From Potamilus streckersoni (lineage: Eukaryota), in contig JAEAOA010001935.1 in the NCBI GenBank assembly GCA_016746295.1, positions 2,866,024-2,930,023 of the forward strand: DNA of 64,000 nt, given 5' to 3'. Under the pieces are notes generated by a model. That model did no database searches. It had not been told where the DNA came from and saw nothing but the letters and a program-made list of their open reading frames with translations. Positions 61,240 through 64,000 of the stretch are shown here, one piece after another (position 1 is the first letter of the stretch; every line of letters begins with the position of its first letter). The position numbers and the translations under genes were made by a program.

Positions 61240-61440
61240 TTGCATAGTACACCTAACCCTACCATTGTGCAGTAAACCTAACCCTACCATTGCACAGTTA
61301 ACCTAACCCTACCATTGCACAGTTAACCTAACCCTACCATTGCACAGTTAACCTAACCCTACCATTGCACAGTTAACATAACCCTACCATTGCACAGTTA
61401 ACCTAACTCTACCATTACACAGTTAACCTAACCCTACCAT
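61240..61440. repeat. 23-bp minisatellite (CCTAACCCTACCATTGCACAGTTAA), about 8 copies
   Basis: Perfect 23-mers at 61285-61400. Confidence 0.9.
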
Positions 61441-61479
61441 TAATAGCACACTAAACCTAACCCTACCAAGCTAAACTTA

Positions 61480-61745
61480 ACAAGAAAATTTACAAGTGGT
61501 CTAATGCAATGTACTCACTGTTCCAGATCACTGCCTCTTGACTCCTTCTAGGTGAGTTCAAGTCTCAGGCTGGGCTAATGTGGGTATTCCAGAAAGCTGG
61601 CCGGTAGCTTCTCATGGGTCAGTGGTTCTTATGGGGTTATCTAGGGTTATTACTCCATTAGTTATACTGGATGCCTTGTATAACTTATCTTGTGATGAAA
61701 ATAGCATTAAATCATGCAACAAGCAACAAAAATAGCTGGAGCACA
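61480..61745 (+). mobile_element. SINE-like module copy 3, the most complete: tRNA-like head (..ACAAGTGGTCTAATGCAATG..(about 45 nt)..GGTGAGTTCAAGTCTCAGG) plus the conserved body ending ..GTGATGAAAATAGCATTAAATCATGCAACAAGCAACAAAAATAG
   Basis: An A-box-like AGTGG motif at about 61497 and a B-box-like GAGTTCAAGTC motif at about 61548, spaced about 50 nt apart. The body aligns to 7185-7340 and 15655-15850. It lies directly 3' of the 23-bp minisatellite. Confidence 0.6.
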
Positions 61746-63045
61746 AAAACAATCTAGCTTTTTTCTGGTATTTTCTGTTTTTAATCCTTCAGGTTTTCAA
61801 GCTTTTCAAGTAACAGACTATCTGACAAGAGCAAAAGGTAGATTATGAAGGGTATTTAATAGAAGTGGCCAGTAAACAGTGTCAGTTCGTTTGGTATATA
61901 TGATGGAAAATCTGTTTAATGCAGAATGTATACATGTAGTCAGTCTGGTAAAGTTAATGCTAATTAAGGATAGATTCTTCATTGTGATATTTTTTTCTTT
62001 AATCATAACTGTATTTATACCAGTTAATAAAGCCATCTAAATAGCAACACCTTATTGTAATAATATAACATCTTACATACATATCTAAATTTGTGCTTTC
62101 TAATTTGTTGTTCAATCCATGCACTACATTTCTCATGTACATTTTAAACTACTTATGTTTTTGTAATTTGTTTTAAAGAATACATTGTATTTAATTGGAG
62201 TTTCTTTTTTTCCTCTATACATTTAAAATATACAGTGTACCTTCATTAAAGGGGCCCATTTCTAAACCTTATGCAGACTGGATACATATTTTGGTCACAA
62301 TGGAACCAGTGCAGTTTTAATCAACCTCTCTAAACTGGTCCCTTTGTAACCCAACCTCCTATGTGGACTAGTTTGCATATTTTTGTCCCAAGCAGTAATT
62401 AACCTCTTGAAATGATCTCTTTATAATCTGGATTTTTCTGCAGTCTGGTCAATATAGACCTAATACACTAGTATTAATAAACCTCTCTAAACTGAACACT
62501 TTGTTATCCAGATTCTCCTATAGACTGGACACATACTTTATGATCCTTATGGGGCCACTGCAATAATATTTAAACTCTTTCTCCACCAGCCAGCTCTATC
62601 AAAATAGCCAATGACTTGGGTCTCAGTCCAACGGTGGCCTTTTCAGGTTTCACTGTAGTTATAATGTCACTATAGGAATATGTTTGAATATTGATTTCAT
62701 TGAAAGATCCATAATAATCAATAATCATTATATCTATTTAAGAAGAAAAAAAGATTTTTTTTCATTTGTCAAGCTGCTTTATTAGAAAGCTGTGTAATTG
62801 TTAAATCTATATTTAATATCTGACAAATACTCATTTCCTTCTGTTATGTGTAACAGTTTTTAGTGTTTGATTTTTGTATGTATTGCGGTAGGCAGATGAG
62901 AATAAAGGTAAAATTTCCAGGTACAGTAAACTGATATAGTAAATAAGAAAACTAAACCAGAAGTCAATAATGGTTTCAGGTAAATGACATCTGGTTAATT
63001 GCATCTATAATTTATTTCAAGAAAAAAAATGGCATTTCACTTATG

Positions 63046-63267
63046 TAATATGAATACTCAATTTTAGGTTGAGTCCAACTGCAAAAAAAACCCATAAACC
63101 CTGATTTACTGTCACATACAGAACTGACTTATCAGGGTGAATATTATATGTTCTCCTGATCACTCCCAACAAACTTCATAGACCCTGATTTGCCAGCACA
63201 TTATAGTATGGCATATCTGGGTCTGTGCAGCTTGCAACAATTAGTCTTATAAATGAGCATATATGGT
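63046..63267. mobile_element. Full-length palindromic MITE-like element copy (..ATATGAATACTCAATTTTAGGTTGAGTCCAACTGCAAAAAAAACCCATAAACCCTGATTT...GGTCTGTGCAGCTTGCAACAATTAGTCTTATAAATGAGCATATATGG)
   Basis: The right terminus is nearly identical to 19720-19768. The left terminus is GTTGAGTCCAACTGCAAA. Two palindromic halves. Confidence 0.8.
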
Positions 63268-63484
63268 ATGTACATGTGACTTTATATTGAATGGGAAAAT
63301 AAATTCAGTAGAAATTATGATTTGCCTACTTATACCACACTAATCATCAGCAACATTTGTTTATTTTCCAGATTAATTAAACAGTCAAGAAAAATAGAAA
63401 AATCAGTGGCAAAATTTGGATTCTCAATCCAAGCATAGCATTTAGTGTGCACATTGCTTTACAGCTTTCAGTTACCTAGTATGT

Positions 63485-63667
63485 ATGTATGTATGTATGT
63501 ATGTATGTATGTATGTATGTATGTATGTATGTATGTATGTATGTATGTATGTATGTATGTATGTATGTATGTATGTATGTATGTATGTATGTATGTATGT
63601 ATGTATGTATGTATGTATGTATGTATGTATGTATGTATGTATGTATGTATGTATGTATGTATGTATG

Positions 63668-63750
<83 letters not shown>
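63485..63750. repeat. Compound microsatellite: (ATGT)n of about 46 units, then (TA)n of about 38 units
   Basis: Pure tetranucleotide run followed by a pure dinucleotide run. All ORFs in 63445-63934 are artifacts. Confidence 0.95.
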
Positions 63751-63752
<2 letters not shown>

Positions 63753-64000
63753 TGTGTGTGTATGACCTTTATATACAAATAATTATGGGTAAATCTATTA
63801 TATTCATCTTTTGGTATTCATTTTACAAAGTGTTAATGGAAAGGGAGAAGAAAAAAAAACTTACCAAAATAAAGTACATGCATGTGAAAATGTTAGGTAC
63901 AACACTATCCATGTATCTTCTCATGTGTCATTAATAATTATCATTTATTAAGTATTTTTGTTCATATTTGGTACACATTTTGAACATATTGTAGTCCATT

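Noticed and set aside
61240-61440. Telomere-like appearance of CCTAACCCTACC in the 23-bp minisatellite
   Set aside because: Only one CCCTAA hexamer per 23-bp unit. The remainder (ATTGCACAGTTAA) is unrelated, so it is not a telomeric or interstitial telomeric repeat.

Overview
This window is eukaryotic, AT-rich, repeat-dense non-coding DNA. It is not a prokaryotic locus: there are no operons and no CRISPR, and no believable long ORFs. By my hand tally about 40% of the 64 kb is head-to-tail tandem repeat, in roughly 30 unrelated satellite/minisatellite families plus many microsatellites; the rest is AT-rich unique sequence and small interspersed elements. The monomer periods I measured are 23, 25-27, 31, 33, 36, 37, 38, 40, 44, 48, 54-55, 57, 60, 61, 67, 75/151, 87 and about 140 bp, and the microsatellites include (TA)n, (ATGT)n, (AAT)n, (TAG)n, (CA)n and (GGTT)n. 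Every long ORF in the six-frame track lies inside an array whose period is a multiple of 3 (36, 48, 57, 60, 87 bp) and is therefore an artifact. I found no supportable protein-coding gene; the only coding-like signal is one tiny, low-confidence candidate exon at 16782-16875.

The interesting biology here is how the mobile elements relate to the satellites. (1) A roughly 200-bp palindromic MITE-like element recurs 10-12 times, with ends of the form CCATATATGC..CTTATAAGTTGAGTCCAACTGCAAACAACATAGACCCAGATCTG ... CAGATCTGGGTCTGTGCAGTTTGCAGTTGGACTCAACTTATAAG..GCATATATGG. One copy has had its internal core amplified into an 860-bp satellite, and several other copies sit exactly at the edges of unrelated tandem arrays. 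(2) A tRNA-derived SINE with A-box and B-box-like motifs and a (CA)n tail is present in 5 copies. (3) A second SINE-like module with a tRNA B-box-like 5' end (GAGTTCRAGTC) is present in 3 copies, each immediately 3' of a different tandem array. Its 5' head is itself the monomer of the 61-bp satellite at 6612-7200. (4) A roughly 300-bp dispersed element (2 copies) is inserted inside a tandem array.

This architecture of satellite arrays bounded or seeded by MITE/SINE termini resembles what has been described for non-autonomous Helentron/MITE-borne satellites in bivalve molluscs. I cannot confirm the taxon or the family names without a database search. I find no evidence for a novel gene system in this window.
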